Made by a program: the position numbers and the translations under genes. A stretch of DNA of 64,000 nt from a virus (Duplodnaviria; Caudoviricetes), in IMG/VR virus record IMGVR_UViG_2894097338_000001, positions 1 to 64,000 of that record, one strand, 5' to 3'. Every line of letters starts with the position of its first letter. The stretch's first letter is position 1. The notes beneath the pieces are model-generated. The model searched no databases and was not told the origin of the DNA. It was given only the letters and a program-made list of their open reading frames with translations. Below are positions 28,687-37,988 of the stretch, piece by piece.

Positions 28687-30804
28687 ATGAGCATGAGTCA
28701 CGACGAACCTGTACTATTAACAAAACAATATAAGGATCATACAATACCTAACGCTGTTGACAGTCTTAGGTATGAAGACCTTCCTTTTAATGCATATAGC
28801 GTGCACTCTCAGCCTATCAGAAACCTGGATGTTACAATCCAGGTTTTAGATGAGGCCACCGACACTGTATTGGAGACGGTATCTGGAAGGTGTGAAAGTG
28901 GAAACATAAGAGTAGAGAGCTCTTCATTAATTAGGAGAACTGGAAGTTTAGAGGTTCAATTTGATCCAGACTTCTTTCCTTCTGCAAGCAGCCTAGTATG
29001 GTTTGGAAGGATTTTTAGAGTATATGTAGGTATAAAAGATCTAAGTATGATTGATCATACAGTTAACTTCTTGCTTGGTACGTTTTATGCTGATAAAGCT
29101 GGAGTGTCTGTAGATGCTGCTACATCGAGTATAACAATTGGACTTGAGGATAAAATGGGAAGATTCGAGAGCGACGAGCTTGAGAACATGATTAAAATCT
29201 CTCCAGGAACGCCTATATCAGAAACCATTAGAAAAGTAATGGAGGATCTTGGCGAAACAAAATTTGGGTATATCCAGGAAAGCCTGCCATCTGAAACGGT
29301 TCCTTATACTATGGAATTTGGTATAGGGGAAGAAAAGATCGAGATAATTAGCAAGCTAAGAGATATGTATATGGACTATACATGTGGCTATAATACAAAA
29401 GGAGAATTTGAGTTTTACAAAATATCTGTACAAAAGGAAACTGAGTTTGAGCATCCAAAATGGTCATTTTCGAATGATGCGATAGATGGAAAAGACTTGA
29501 TGATAGAGTTCAAAGAGGATTACGTATTAAAAGACATAAGGAACAGAGTTCTTGTTGTCGGTGAAATGAGCGATAAAACTGGCATTACAGCCAATGGAGA
29601 AGTGAGGATAACTGATGCGAAGAATCCGTTTAATGTTGATGCTATAGGAACAAGAACTAAGGTTATCACAGAGTCTAAGTATGTCACAGATGATCAGTGT
29701 TACTCTAGAGCAAAATTTGAAATATGGAAAGTATCTAACTTCCAGGAGAAATGTGAAATATCTGCCGTTCCTATATATCTATTAGATGTTAACGATATTA
29801 TAGAGGTTCCAAACCCTATAACTGGTGTTAAATCAAGGTATTTAATAGACAGCTTTTCACTAGATCTAAAAGTAGATGGAAAAATGAGTATCTCAGCTCA
29901 TAAACTATATTATACTGGCGTAGAGTACGGAGAAGCGTTCAAACCTCTTGTCAATGCCTTTATGGTAGGTATTAATAATTATGGCTGGTTATCTCTTGCG
30001 GAAGAGAGAATTAAAGATGTGTTTAATATTAGCGGAAGTGGGAATGCTACTATTGTAGTTAGGTTTGTGGATATGGAGCTTGGAGGAGAGCAAGCCAGTG
30101 TTACTTCTTACGGAACAACTAAAAATCAAACACTTCAAATAGATTTAGCAGACTTTAGCAAGCTTGACTTTGAAAGCGAAAGTGGAGCAAACGGAAGAAG
30201 TGAGGCTGATTATGCAGACAGAGTTTTAGGACATGAAATGTTTCATGCCGTTACGAACGATTACCTTGGCCATGATACGATGTTAGATATACCTATATGG
30301 TTTAAAGAAGGGTTTGCAGAGTTTTTACATGGTGGAAAAGATCGATATAAATTAGCATATCCAAAGGTCGAAAAGTCCAAGAAAAAAAGTCAACTAATCG
30401 AATTAGCTGAAAAACAATTGAATGGATTGTTTGAGGGATCAAGCGAAGATTATGTGGCAGCGTATCTAATAGCTATCGCAATTTATAATTTGTGTGATAG
30501 TAAAATGTGGAGTGGAATCATTACTAATCTTAGAGGCATTAAGAATCCAGGAATAAACTTCTTGTATAAGCTTCTACCGATTGCTGACGATAACGACAAA
30601 GTTAAATCATTGGTTATGAATGAGATAAGAACAATGGATAAGGTTTGGAATCTACTAGATGATGAGTCGGATAAAGATACTATGTCTGTTGGGGGTGTAC
30701 ATTTTATGAATCTATATGGAGTTCCGCTAACTGCAGAAACAGTGTTTAATAATTCTAATGCCACAACAGATTCCATCGGATTTAAAATAAAAAAAGATAA
30801 TTAA
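28687..30804 (+). CDS. Baseplate hub (DUF5048-like) fused to zinc metallopeptidase
   Basis: N-terminal hub (RRT.SL, L.DKM, IRNRVLVVG, P.Y.LDVND.I); C-terminal HEMFH (30232-30246) plus WFKEGFAEF. Confidence 0.75.
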   Translation: MSMSHDEPVLLTKQYKDHTIPNAVDSLRYEDLPFNAYSVHSQPIRNLDVTIQVLDEATDTVLETVSGRCESGNIRVESSSLIRRTGSLEVQFDPDFFPSASSLVWFGRIFRVYVGIKDLSMIDHTVNFLLGTFYADKAGVSVDAATSSITIGLEDKMGRFESDELENMIKISPGTPISETIRKVMEDLGETKFGYIQESLPSETVPYTMEFGIGEEKIEIISKLRDMYMDYTCGYNTKGEFEFYKISVQKETEFEHPKWSFSNDAIDGKDLMIEFKEDYVLKDIRNRVLVVGEMSDKTGITANGEVRITDAKNPFNVDAIGTRTKVITESKYVTDDQCYSRAKFEIWKVSNFQEKCEISAVPIYLLDVNDIIEVPNPITGVKSRYLIDSFSLDLKVDGKMSISAHKLYYTGVEYGEAFKPLVNAFMVGINNYGWLSLAEERIKDVFNISGSGNATIVVRFVDMELGGEQASVTSYGTTKNQTLQIDLADFSKLDFESESGANGRSEADYADRVLGHEMFHAVTNDYLGHDTMLDIPIWFKEGFAEFLHGGKDRYKLAYPKVEKSKKKSQLIELAEKQLNGLFEGSSEDYVAAYLIAIAIYNLCDSKMWSGIITNLRGIKNPGINFLYKLLPIADDNDKVKSLVMNEIRTMDKVWNLLDDESDKDTMSVGGVHFMNLYGVPLTAETVFNNSNATTDSIGFKIKKDN

Positions 30805-30805
30805 G

Positions 30806-30843
30806 ACATAAGTATTTACAACAGGAACATTCGGTGATATAAT
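30806..30843 (+). promoter_or_regulatory. Sigma-A-like promoter containing 17-bp element
   Basis: ACATAAGTA-TTTACA-N17-TATAAT with extended TG. Confidence 0.8.
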
Positions 30844-30873
30844 TAATTAGAGAGTTAAGTAAGGAGAGTTAAC

Positions 30874-31593
30874 ATGGTAAGTAGAAGCAAGTTTCCAGAG
30901 GGTGTCGATGAGTTTACAGAGCTTTTCGATCTACCTTATGACAAATTAAAGTCAGCTCAAAGATTGACTCAGCTTAAGATTCAACCTAAGTTGACGAATG
31001 ACGAGCAAAACGAGTTAGCTACACTTTCTGCAGAATTAGAGGAATATATGATTACTCCAGAAGTGTGGAACAAGTTTGCCGACTCTTTGGTGGCAGTTGA
31101 ACAGTTCTTTTATGATAATGTTCAAGGGTTCATTGAGGACAAGCAAAAAATCTGGGACTCTTATATCAAGCAGTTTCTATTTGTCGGAGTTTGGACTACA
31201 GGAAAGTCTTATAAATTCCAAAATATGGTAATTGGTGATAATGGAGATCTATTTTTATGCAGCAAGGATCATGTATCTAATGATTCTAACAAGCCTACAA
31301 AATCAGATATGTGGGTTAGAATATCTTCGAAAGGAGATACTGGAGCGATTGGTTTAAACGCATTCTACAAAGGTGACTGGAATGAAGCCACTACCTATAA
31401 AATAGGTGATGCAGTAAGTCATGAGAGAGAGAACTGGTTAAAACCTCTAGTCTATATCTCAAAAAAAGATAATAACGTTGGTGTAAACCCTCAAACTAAT
31501 GGTGAGAGTTGGATGTTATATTCTGAAACATATGTTGGAGATAGTAGGCCAAAAGGAGCAGGTGCAGGATTGCACTTTATCAAAGAATTGTAG
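30874..31593 (+). CDS. Baseplate/fibre protein with CBM5/12-like repeats
   Basis: S.FPE.VD.F start; G.W....Y..GD.V repeats. Confidence 0.6.
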   Translation: MVSRSKFPEGVDEFTELFDLPYDKLKSAQRLTQLKIQPKLTNDEQNELATLSAELEEYMITPEVWNKFADSLVAVEQFFYDNVQGFIEDKQKIWDSYIKQFLFVGVWTTGKSYKFQNMVIGDNGDLFLCSKDHVSNDSNKPTKSDMWVRISSKGDTGAIGLNAFYKGDWNEATTYKIGDAVSHERENWLKPLVYISKKDNNVGVNPQTNGESWMLYSETYVGDSRPKGAGAGLHFIKEL

Positions 31594-31604
31594 GAGTGAA
31601 TTAA

Positions 31605-32000
31605 ATGAATAATTCAGAGGCACAAAAGGTGTTACTCCAGGCGATGCAAGATATCGTAGATGCAACAATTTCTAAAGTTTCAACGACTAACTCAGTTATT
31701 GGCGCGGTCGTTGAAATGCCGAAAGGCTATGATATCAAAGTTGAGATTAATGGACAGCTTCACGAATGCTTACTACCAGAAAATCTGCACTCATGGATTC
31801 AAAAGGATGACATTGTTATCATCCAGGACTTGTATAATGATGGTAGAAAAATGGTTGTAACTGGCAAAACTGGAGCTATTCAAAGATCTCCTTCATTAGT
31901 TTTCTCGAATGAAGAGTCTGGAAAGTTAGTTAGCGGTGTAGATGGGGCATTTGAAAATGGGAAACGCCTGGACGCTAATCTTACTGTAGAAGGAGAGTAA
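31605..32000 (+). CDS. Small tail protein (OB-fold-like)
   Basis: 131 aa in tail tip cluster. Confidence 0.5.
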   Translation: MNNSEAQKVLLQAMQDIVDATISKVSTTNSVIGAVVEMPKGYDIKVEINGQLHECLLPENLHSWIQKDDIVIIQDLYNDGRKMVVTGKTGAIQRSPSLVFSNEESGKLVSGVDGAFENGKRLDANLTVEGE

Positions 32001-32003
32001 TAA

Positions 32004-33320
32004 ATGGTTAACATTAAAAATGCAGCATACGACGTTACTGGAAAAGTTGAACAAGAAGACGTCAGATATCATTTCCAAACAAACGCAGGTATGCTAACAG
32101 TTCTCGATGAGAAGAATGAAATCGTCGGCAATCTATCAGACCTATTAATGAAGGGTATTCCATTAGATGGCGTAGATTATAAGACTTTAAAGCTAAAAGG
32201 ATTGTATGGTATTACTAATATCAAAGGTATAGATCCTGGGTTGAAAATAGAGGTTAATAAAATGAGCCTTTTATCAGTCACTCCTTATGGAGAAATCAAC
32301 AATCCAAAAATTGTGGTCTATAAATTAATCACATCTGATGGACGAGTTTTTGACAATGTAATGAATGACGGAAAAGAAGTCGGATGGACATCTGGCGGGA
32401 AAGAGTTAGAAGCTACGTTGACAGAAATCAAAAATGTAACTGGTAGTATCGATGATTTAAAGACTACTAACAAAGATAGTTTAGCATCGGCAATAAATGA
32501 AGTTCATGATGCCTCTAGGAAAAATAAAGAAGCTCTCAAAAAGCACGAAGAGGACTACGCGGAGTTTAAAAAGCACAATCATGATGATCATTACATAAAG
32601 CGATCTGGTGGTAATATCAAAGGAACCATAAGTATTGATAATAACGTTGATGTAAATGCCAAAAATGCTAGAAATGAAGAGGTTCGAGTAGCACATGTTT
32701 CAGCAACAGATCTTTTTAGTTTAGGTAATAAGAAGCTTGGACTTGATTTACTTGGTAATGGAGACTTTAAATACAATGGAAAAAAAGTTTGGACTGAGGT
32801 CAATCATGGAAAAGATAGCGGTTTAGATGCCGATAAAATCGGTGGTGTAAGCTATAAAAAAATACCGATACTCGATAGTTCTAATACGTTTGAGGAAAAT
32901 ATCACTATTAAGAAGTCTTTAATTGCCAAGGATTTTAAGCTTGGAGAAAAGGCTAATATCTCAGCAGATGACAATGGTCGAATCACAATTAAAACAGGCG
33001 GCCTTAATACTGTGGCGTTTGAAACAAATGGACAGATGACAGCAATGAATCATATTCTAATGAATGCCAAGAACAACGAAGTTGGCTTTAAGTTAGCATT
33101 AGATAATGACGAAGTTGGTAAAGGTATGGGATTCTATAGAAACGGTGGAAGTAGGTATCTTGGTGTTTACAATTGGAGTAAAGGTAAGCGACTTGCGTAT
33201 TTTAGCGACACCGATGAAAGACTCTATCTCGATCAATCTATTTCTATTCAAGGAAGAAAACTATATTTACAAAGTGGTCAGCCACCAGTCGGTAAGGCTG
33301 GAGATATCTGGATTAAGTAA
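32004..33320 (+). CDS. Tail fibre protein
   Basis: LKTTNKDSLASAINEV, HNHDDHY, N.G..SGLDADK.GG fibre motifs. Confidence 0.75.
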   Translation: MVNIKNAAYDVTGKVEQEDVRYHFQTNAGMLTVLDEKNEIVGNLSDLLMKGIPLDGVDYKTLKLKGLYGITNIKGIDPGLKIEVNKMSLLSVTPYGEINNPKIVVYKLITSDGRVFDNVMNDGKEVGWTSGGKELEATLTEIKNVTGSIDDLKTTNKDSLASAINEVHDASRKNKEALKKHEEDYAEFKKHNHDDHYIKRSGGNIKGTISIDNNVDVNAKNARNEEVRVAHVSATDLFSLGNKKLGLDLLGNGDFKYNGKKVWTEVNHGKDSGLDADKIGGVSYKKIPILDSSNTFEENITIKKSLIAKDFKLGEKANISADDNGRITIKTGGLNTVAFETNGQMTAMNHILMNAKNNEVGFKLALDNDEVGKGMGFYRNGGSRYLGVYNWSKGKRLAYFSDTDERLYLDQSISIQGRKLYLQSGQPPVGKAGDIWIK

Positions 33321-33332
33321 GGAGGTTGACTA

Positions 33333-33995
33333 ATGGCAGGTATTTATAGAAGTGATGGTAAGAAATGGCATGAAACCACCGACGTTTTTAGAAGTGACGG
33401 TAAAAGGTGGATTAAAGCAGAAGTTATGAGAAGTAACGGAAAAGGTTTTAGTAAGATAAGCGAGCAAAGATACGTTAAAACATTTGAGTGTACCTGGAGT
33501 CAAAGTTATGGTGGCTCTGGAACACAGAAACCAAACTGGCTTGGTGGCAATACAATTTGTCACCAAGGTCGATATGGAGCTCCTTATACGGCGGAATATG
33601 ATTGGGGTATTCAAAAATCCATGATTGGATTTGATCATGCGGCAATCAGAAGAGAGTTAGCTGGTGCCAGGATAGAAAAAGTTGAAGTATATCTTAGAAA
33701 TGAACATTTCTGGTACTTTGCTGGAGGATATTCCGTACTTGGTTATCATAACTCGGCAAGTAGGCCTAATACGTTTCAGTATACAAAAAACCAAGTTAGA
33801 AAAGATTACTACAAAGGTCGTGGAGAAGCTAAATGGTTAGTAATGCCGAATGAGCTTGGCAATTTATTAAGAGACAACAAGGCGAAAGGGTTAATACTCT
33901 ATGCGCCAACAACTATTCTAGATTATTATGGGTACTTTTATGGTGCGGGCGGTGGATCTAGTCGTCCGAAAATAAGAATCACCTATGTAAAATAA
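33333..33995 (+). CDS. Tail fibre tip/receptor-binding protein
   Basis: RSDGK.W repeats then globular domain ending PKIRITY. Confidence 0.6.
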   Translation: MAGIYRSDGKKWHETTDVFRSDGKRWIKAEVMRSNGKGFSKISEQRYVKTFECTWSQSYGGSGTQKPNWLGGNTICHQGRYGAPYTAEYDWGIQKSMIGFDHAAIRRELAGARIEKVEVYLRNEHFWYFAGGYSVLGYHNSASRPNTFQYTKNQVRKDYYKGRGEAKWLVMPNELGNLLRDNKAKGLILYAPTTILDYYGYFYGAGGGSSRPKIRITYVK

Positions 33996-34010
33996 AAACA
34001 AAGGAGGAAT

Positions 34011-34370
34011 TTGAAAATGATTCAAATTCAAGAAGCAGTAGTAAATTTAGTAGTAGCAGGAGTTGTAGGTGTAATCACCTATGCAGCGCAACGTGTAGGA
34101 TCATATTTTAACGCTAAAGGAATTGACAAAAAACTTAATTCTAAGAGAGCGTCAATTGACATTGCAGTTAACGCGGTTGAGCAGATTGCTAAAAATGAAG
34201 GAATCGACAACAAGTTCGAAGAAGCTAAAGATCAAGCTATTGAGATTTTACGCGCCAATGGTCTTAAAATTTCAGAAGTAGAGCTTAACGCTATGATCGA
34301 GGACTCTGTTGCGGCAATGAAAAATGGATACGTAGCTGGTTTAAATAAAAACGAAATGGGGGTGGCATAA
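34011..34370 (+). CDS. Holin (LL-H-like)
   Basis: One N-terminal TM, AVNAVEQ..K.EEA..IE..V..MK pattern, upstream of lysin. Confidence 0.8.
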   Translation: MKMIQIQEAVVNLVVAGVVGVITYAAQRVGSYFNAKGIDKKLNSKRASIDIAVNAVEQIAKNEGIDNKFEEAKDQAIEILRANGLKISEVELNAMIEDSVAAMKNGYVAGLNKNEMGVA

Positions 34371-34371
34371 T

Positions 34372-34590
34372 ATGTTTGAAATTAATGACATCGTAACACC
34401 TGTCGACTTACAAAAGGTTTTAGATGACAAGTATCTATCACCTCGTAGCAAAGCTATCATCGAAGAAAGCAGCAATAAGGCAGTCGTTAATCAAATTCAA
34501 GATGGTTTAATCTATGTTAGTTATTTCAATACGGCTGGGGACGATCGTATTACACAGGTTTACAAACCAGAAGAATTAAAATTAGTCTAA
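34372..34590 (+). CDS. Hypothetical protein (SH3-like)
   Basis: 72 aa, F..NDIV ... Y.PEELKLV. Confidence 0.6.
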   Translation: MFEINDIVTPVDLQKVLDDKYLSPRSKAIIEESSNKAVVNQIQDGLIYVSYFNTAGDDRITQVYKPEELKLV

Positions 34591-34649
34591 GGGTATAAGG
34601 TGAAATAGGGAACTTCTTTCAAATAAAAATTCGAAAGAGGTAATATTGA

Positions 34650-35780
34650 ATGGCAAATTGGAATGGAGTTCCTTACAAAGCACAACTAGTAGCATCAAGT
34701 AAATGGGGTACAAAATGTCCCTACGCATTAAACGCAAAGAAAATCACAATCCACAACACGGATAATAGCGCTACAGCTCAAAATGAAGCAGATTATCATA
34801 ACGGAAACTGGAATGAAACATCGTTTCATATCGCTGTAGATGACGTTCAAGCAGTGCAGGTTATTCCTTTTAATCGTAATGCTTGGGCTTCTGGTGATGG
34901 TGGTAATGGGTACGGTAATAGAAACACGATTCATATTGAAATCTGTAAAAACTATGACCGAAACCGTAATACAACTAACTTACTTGCTGGACAACAATCT
35001 CAGTATGTAAAAGCAGAAGCAAATGCAGTGAAAATTGCTGCAGCAATTATGGTTCAAGAAGGAATTGCAGCTCATCCAGATAACGTTAAGCGTCACTATG
35101 ACTGGAACGGTAAATGGTGTCCTTCTAAGATTCTTAATGAAGGAAGATGGAACACGGTACGTGCTTTAATCGTTGCAGAAACTCAAAGATTGAGCGGAAA
35201 ACCTGTTACACCAGCACCAAAACCAACTGCTCCTAAACCTGTAGCACCGTCTACTGGATTAAAACGTGGAACGATTGCTAAATGGGCTACTCATTATCAA
35301 ACTGGTCAAAAAATCAGCCCGTTTGTAATTGGAAAAGCTTACAATATTATTCAAACTAAAAATGTAAGTCAATCTAAAAGTAAGAAAGCTTACCTAATGG
35401 CAGGGATTATGAGTTGGGTATTAGAGCAGGATCTTGTTGAATCTGGCATTAACATTGCAGCCAAACCGTCAACTCCAGCACCAAAACCAGCTGTAACTGA
35501 TCGTTGGATTTCTAAAAAGGGGACAGCAGTAATTACAACTCCAGTTGGAATTAAATTACGAGGAACATCTTCTGGAGATCATGCAAATCCAATTAATCTT
35601 GGTCAACTAGCCCTACTTCCAAAAGGTAGTTCAGTTGTTTATGACAAGATTCTTGTTCAAAAAAATGGACATGTTTGGGTTAGACAACCAAGAAGTGGCG
35701 GATATGGATGGATGCCAGTATCTGATACTAAAAATGGTGTTGCAACTGGCGGTTACTGGGTGTCTGGTGTTTCAATCTAG
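34650..35780 (+). CDS. Endolysin, N-acetylmuramoyl-L-alanine amidase with two cell-wall-binding domains
   Basis: ITIHNT, SFHIAVDD, IEIC, H..W.GK.CP motifs; two PAPKP linkers; C-terminal SH3-like GHVWV. Confidence 0.92.
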   Translation: MANWNGVPYKAQLVASSKWGTKCPYALNAKKITIHNTDNSATAQNEADYHNGNWNETSFHIAVDDVQAVQVIPFNRNAWASGDGGNGYGNRNTIHIEICKNYDRNRNTTNLLAGQQSQYVKAEANAVKIAAAIMVQEGIAAHPDNVKRHYDWNGKWCPSKILNEGRWNTVRALIVAETQRLSGKPVTPAPKPTAPKPVAPSTGLKRGTIAKWATHYQTGQKISPFVIGKAYNIIQTKNVSQSKSKKAYLMAGIMSWVLEQDLVESGINIAAKPSTPAPKPAVTDRWISKKGTAVITTPVGIKLRGTSSGDHANPINLGQLALLPKGSSVVYDKILVQKNGHVWVRQPRSGGYGWMPVSDTKNGVATGGYWVSGVSI

Positions 35781-35799
35781 TTAAAAGCAAGTCTTCTAT

Positions 35800-35841
35800 A
35801 AGGGGGGTGGGTACCAATTTACCTTGACTCCCTCCTTTTTA
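35800..35841 (+). terminator. Probable terminator of late operon
   Basis: AGGGGGGTGGGTA..TACC..CTCCCTCC imperfect stem then TTTTT. Confidence 0.55.
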
Positions 35842-35896
35842 TACCTTCTATATTTTTGAAACATAAGTATCTACATCATTTTTTATCTTTGTTCTC

Positions 35897-35925
35897 TTGA
35901 CAAAGGGAACGTTTGTTCGTAAAAT
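35897..35925 (+). promoter_or_regulatory. SOS promoter: sigma-A promoter with LexA (Cheo) box in spacer
   Basis: TTGACA-N17-TAAAAT with GAAC-GTTT-GTTC at 35907-35918. Confidence 0.85.
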
Positions 35926-36002
35926 GAGAACATAGAAAATTTAATTTGCGGCTGGGATTGTCTGTTGAGTTTTCTGAATATCTTAAGGAACGAGGTTTTT
36001 TA

Positions 36003-36191
36003 ATGGAAAAATACTCTATTGATGCGAGCTTAGAATTTAAAATGATGAACTATATGGTTCACCAAATGACACATATAAACTTTGCTGCTATTATTCTAGT
36101 TGATCAGATAGCAAAAAGTGATGATTATGACGAGGACGTGATAAAAACTGCAAAGGATATAGTCAAAATGTCTGACCTGGCTTATATATAG
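36003..36191 (+). CDS. Small SOS-controlled hypothetical protein (62 aa from ATG)
   Basis: GAGG RBS before ATG 36003; only ORF downstream of the LexA-box promoter. Confidence 0.6.
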   Translation: MEKYSIDASLEFKMMNYMVHQMTHINFAAIILVDQIAKSDDYDEDVIKTAKDIVKMSDLAYI

Positions 36192-36299
36192 TAATTATTT
36201 AAACGTGTTATGTAAACCAAGTATGATATCAAAATCTAAATATTGGGTTAAAATGCTTATTATATAGGTGTTTTACCCCTCTTTTATTTTTTTAAAACT

Positions 36300-36327
36300 A
36301 CTTCGTATAATATATCTTATGTAAACC
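36300..36327. other. dif-like XerC/XerD recombination site
   Basis: ACTTCGTATAA-TATATC-TTATGTAAACC, 11-6-11 architecture close to Firmicutes dif. Confidence 0.85.
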
Positions 36328-36519
36328 AACTAAATAAAAACCTAATATTTTAGAAAATATAGTGTTCAGAGAAGGTTTTTAACCGATTTAAAAAATTTAG
36401 ATGAGTAGTTAGTAGTTCTGTGTTAAAAAGAATCAGAATCCTCTTGTAGTAATTACTGGCGAAGTGTATCAAAGTCAGTCACCTAATTTTTTGTTTAAAT
36501 ATGGTCTATTGGTATTATA

Positions 36520-36552
36520 AAAAAGCTCTTAGAAAAATGAATTTCCAAGAGC
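36520..36552 (-). terminator. Terminator of Fic gene
   Basis: GCTCTT.GAAA..TTTC.AAGAGC stem preceded by A run on + strand. Confidence 0.6.
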
Positions 36553-36618
36553 ATAGTATTATTAGTTTAGATATTACTTTAAATATAATTTATTTATATT
36601 TTGTATCAGGCCATCTTA

Positions 36619-37866
36619 TTAATTAAATAGATTTGTTATAGAGGAGACTGCTCTATAAGTTACTGGCTTTTCCCCTATCTGTTCAATGAGGCCTTTCTCT
36701 AAAAGAACTGCTTCTATTTTTCTCATCATATAAGGAGAGATATCTTCATCGACAGAATCAATAATATCTCTTCGTGATAATACTTCTCCAGGATAGTAAA
36801 GTAAATGGTCAAAATATTTTTGAAAGACTTCAAAGGCAAAAGGAACATCTAATAGTTCTTTTTGATAGTTAACTTTAGCTTGATAGCGTAACTGATTATT
36901 TTGTTTTAATTCAAAAACTATTTCTTTTTGAATATCTAAAAGTAATTCTAATAACGCTATAACAAAGAATGTTCCTTCACCAAAATTGTCTTCTTCAGAA
37001 ATGGTTAAAAAAGCTTTTTCGTATTTAGGACGATTTGTTTTAACTGCTCGAGACATAAGTAAACTAGAAACAATATCCAATTCTTTTGCTAAGTAATTAG
37101 ATAAGATAAAACGACCTACACGACCTACACGACCATTACCATCAAAGAATGGGTGAATGTATTCAAACATGTAATGAGAAATAATGATTTTTAGTATATT
37201 GGGAAATTCTTCATCCGGCATATTAATAAAATTAAGCATCGTTGCTAGTTGCTGTTCAATTTTGTCAGGATCTTCACCAAAATGCACTGCTCCACTTGTT
37301 CCACCAACTTGAACAGAATCAGTTCTAAAGAGTGAAAACTCATCTAATTGATTATCAGAATCAACTTCTGGAGATACTAAGTCATCGTAAATTAAACGAA
37401 TATCAGCTGGAGTTTGGATTAATTTACTCTCACCATTAGCAATTTCAGAATAAAGTTTACTAAGACCATAAAAACGATGACTTTCATCGTTTTTTTTGAT
37501 GGCTTGAATAGCTTCACCTAGTTCCTTACGAGTACTTTTAACACCTTCGTATTCGTTCGTTGATTGCATTTCTTCTATGAGTAAATAGTGTAAGTAATCA
37601 TCAATTTGCTTCTTAGAAAGATGTTCCAAGAGAACAGATAGCTTCGTTGATTCCTTATGACATTCGCTTACCAAGTATGTTAGCTTAGGTAGATTATTGA
37701 GGAAAAGATTGTATTCAGTCCCTTTAATCTTAAATCCAATTTTTTTGTTCATGGGGCTAATTATAAAATTAGTTTTCATTGATGAATAAGAGTTAAATCT
37801 TTTATGATATTCTTCTTTGACATCAATAGTTGTATATTTTGACTTGTAAATTTCATTATAAGACAT
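36619..37866 (-). CDS. Fic-domain protein with C-terminal winged helix
   Basis: HPFFDGNGRVGR motif; N-terminal inhibitory-type STNEYEG; C-terminal wHTH-like segment. Confidence 0.92.
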   Translation of the reverse strand: MSYNEIYKSKYTTIDVKEEYHKRFNSYSSMKTNFIISPMNKKIGFKIKGTEYNLFLNNLPKLTYLVSECHKESTKLSVLLEHLSKKQIDDYLHYLLIEEMQSTNEYEGVKSTRKELGEAIQAIKKNDESHRFYGLSKLYSEIANGESKLIQTPADIRLIYDDLVSPEVDSDNQLDEFSLFRTDSVQVGGTSGAVHFGEDPDKIEQQLATMLNFINMPDEEFPNILKIIISHYMFEYIHPFFDGNGRVGRVGRFILSNYLAKELDIVSSLLMSRAVKTNRPKYEKAFLTISEEDNFGEGTFFVIALLELLLDIQKEIVFELKQNNQLRYQAKVNYQKELLDVPFAFEVFQKYFDHLLYYPGEVLSRRDIIDSVDEDISPYMMRKIEAVLLEKGLIEQIGEKPVTYRAVSSITNLFN

Positions 37867-37880
37867 AAAAGAACACCTCT

Positions 37881-37929
37881 ATCGTTAAAAATGTAACTAT
37901 ATTTTAACGATATAATCTTGGTTTGTCAA
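37881..37929 (-). promoter_or_regulatory. Fic promoter with overlapping inverted repeat
   Basis: TTGACA-N17-TAAAAT on - strand; ATCGTTAAAA-N11-TTTTAACGAT covers the -10. Confidence 0.75.
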
Positions 37930-37936
37930 TTTATAT

Positions 37937-37979
37937 AAAAAATCTCTGATTCATTTTTATAATGAACCAGAGATTTTTT
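37937..37979 (-). terminator. Terminator of WxL operon (bidirectional)
   Basis: AAAAATCTCTG.TTCATT..AATGAA.CAGAGATTTTT. Confidence 0.8.
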
Positions 37980-37988
37980 AATAGATTA

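Noticed and set aside
35211-35489. Direct repeat CCAGCACCAAAACCA in the endolysin
   Set aside because: Simply encodes two PAPKP linkers
36330-36480. Possible plasmid-type res site beside dif
   Set aside because: Only a vague resemblance; no resolvase gene or definable subsites
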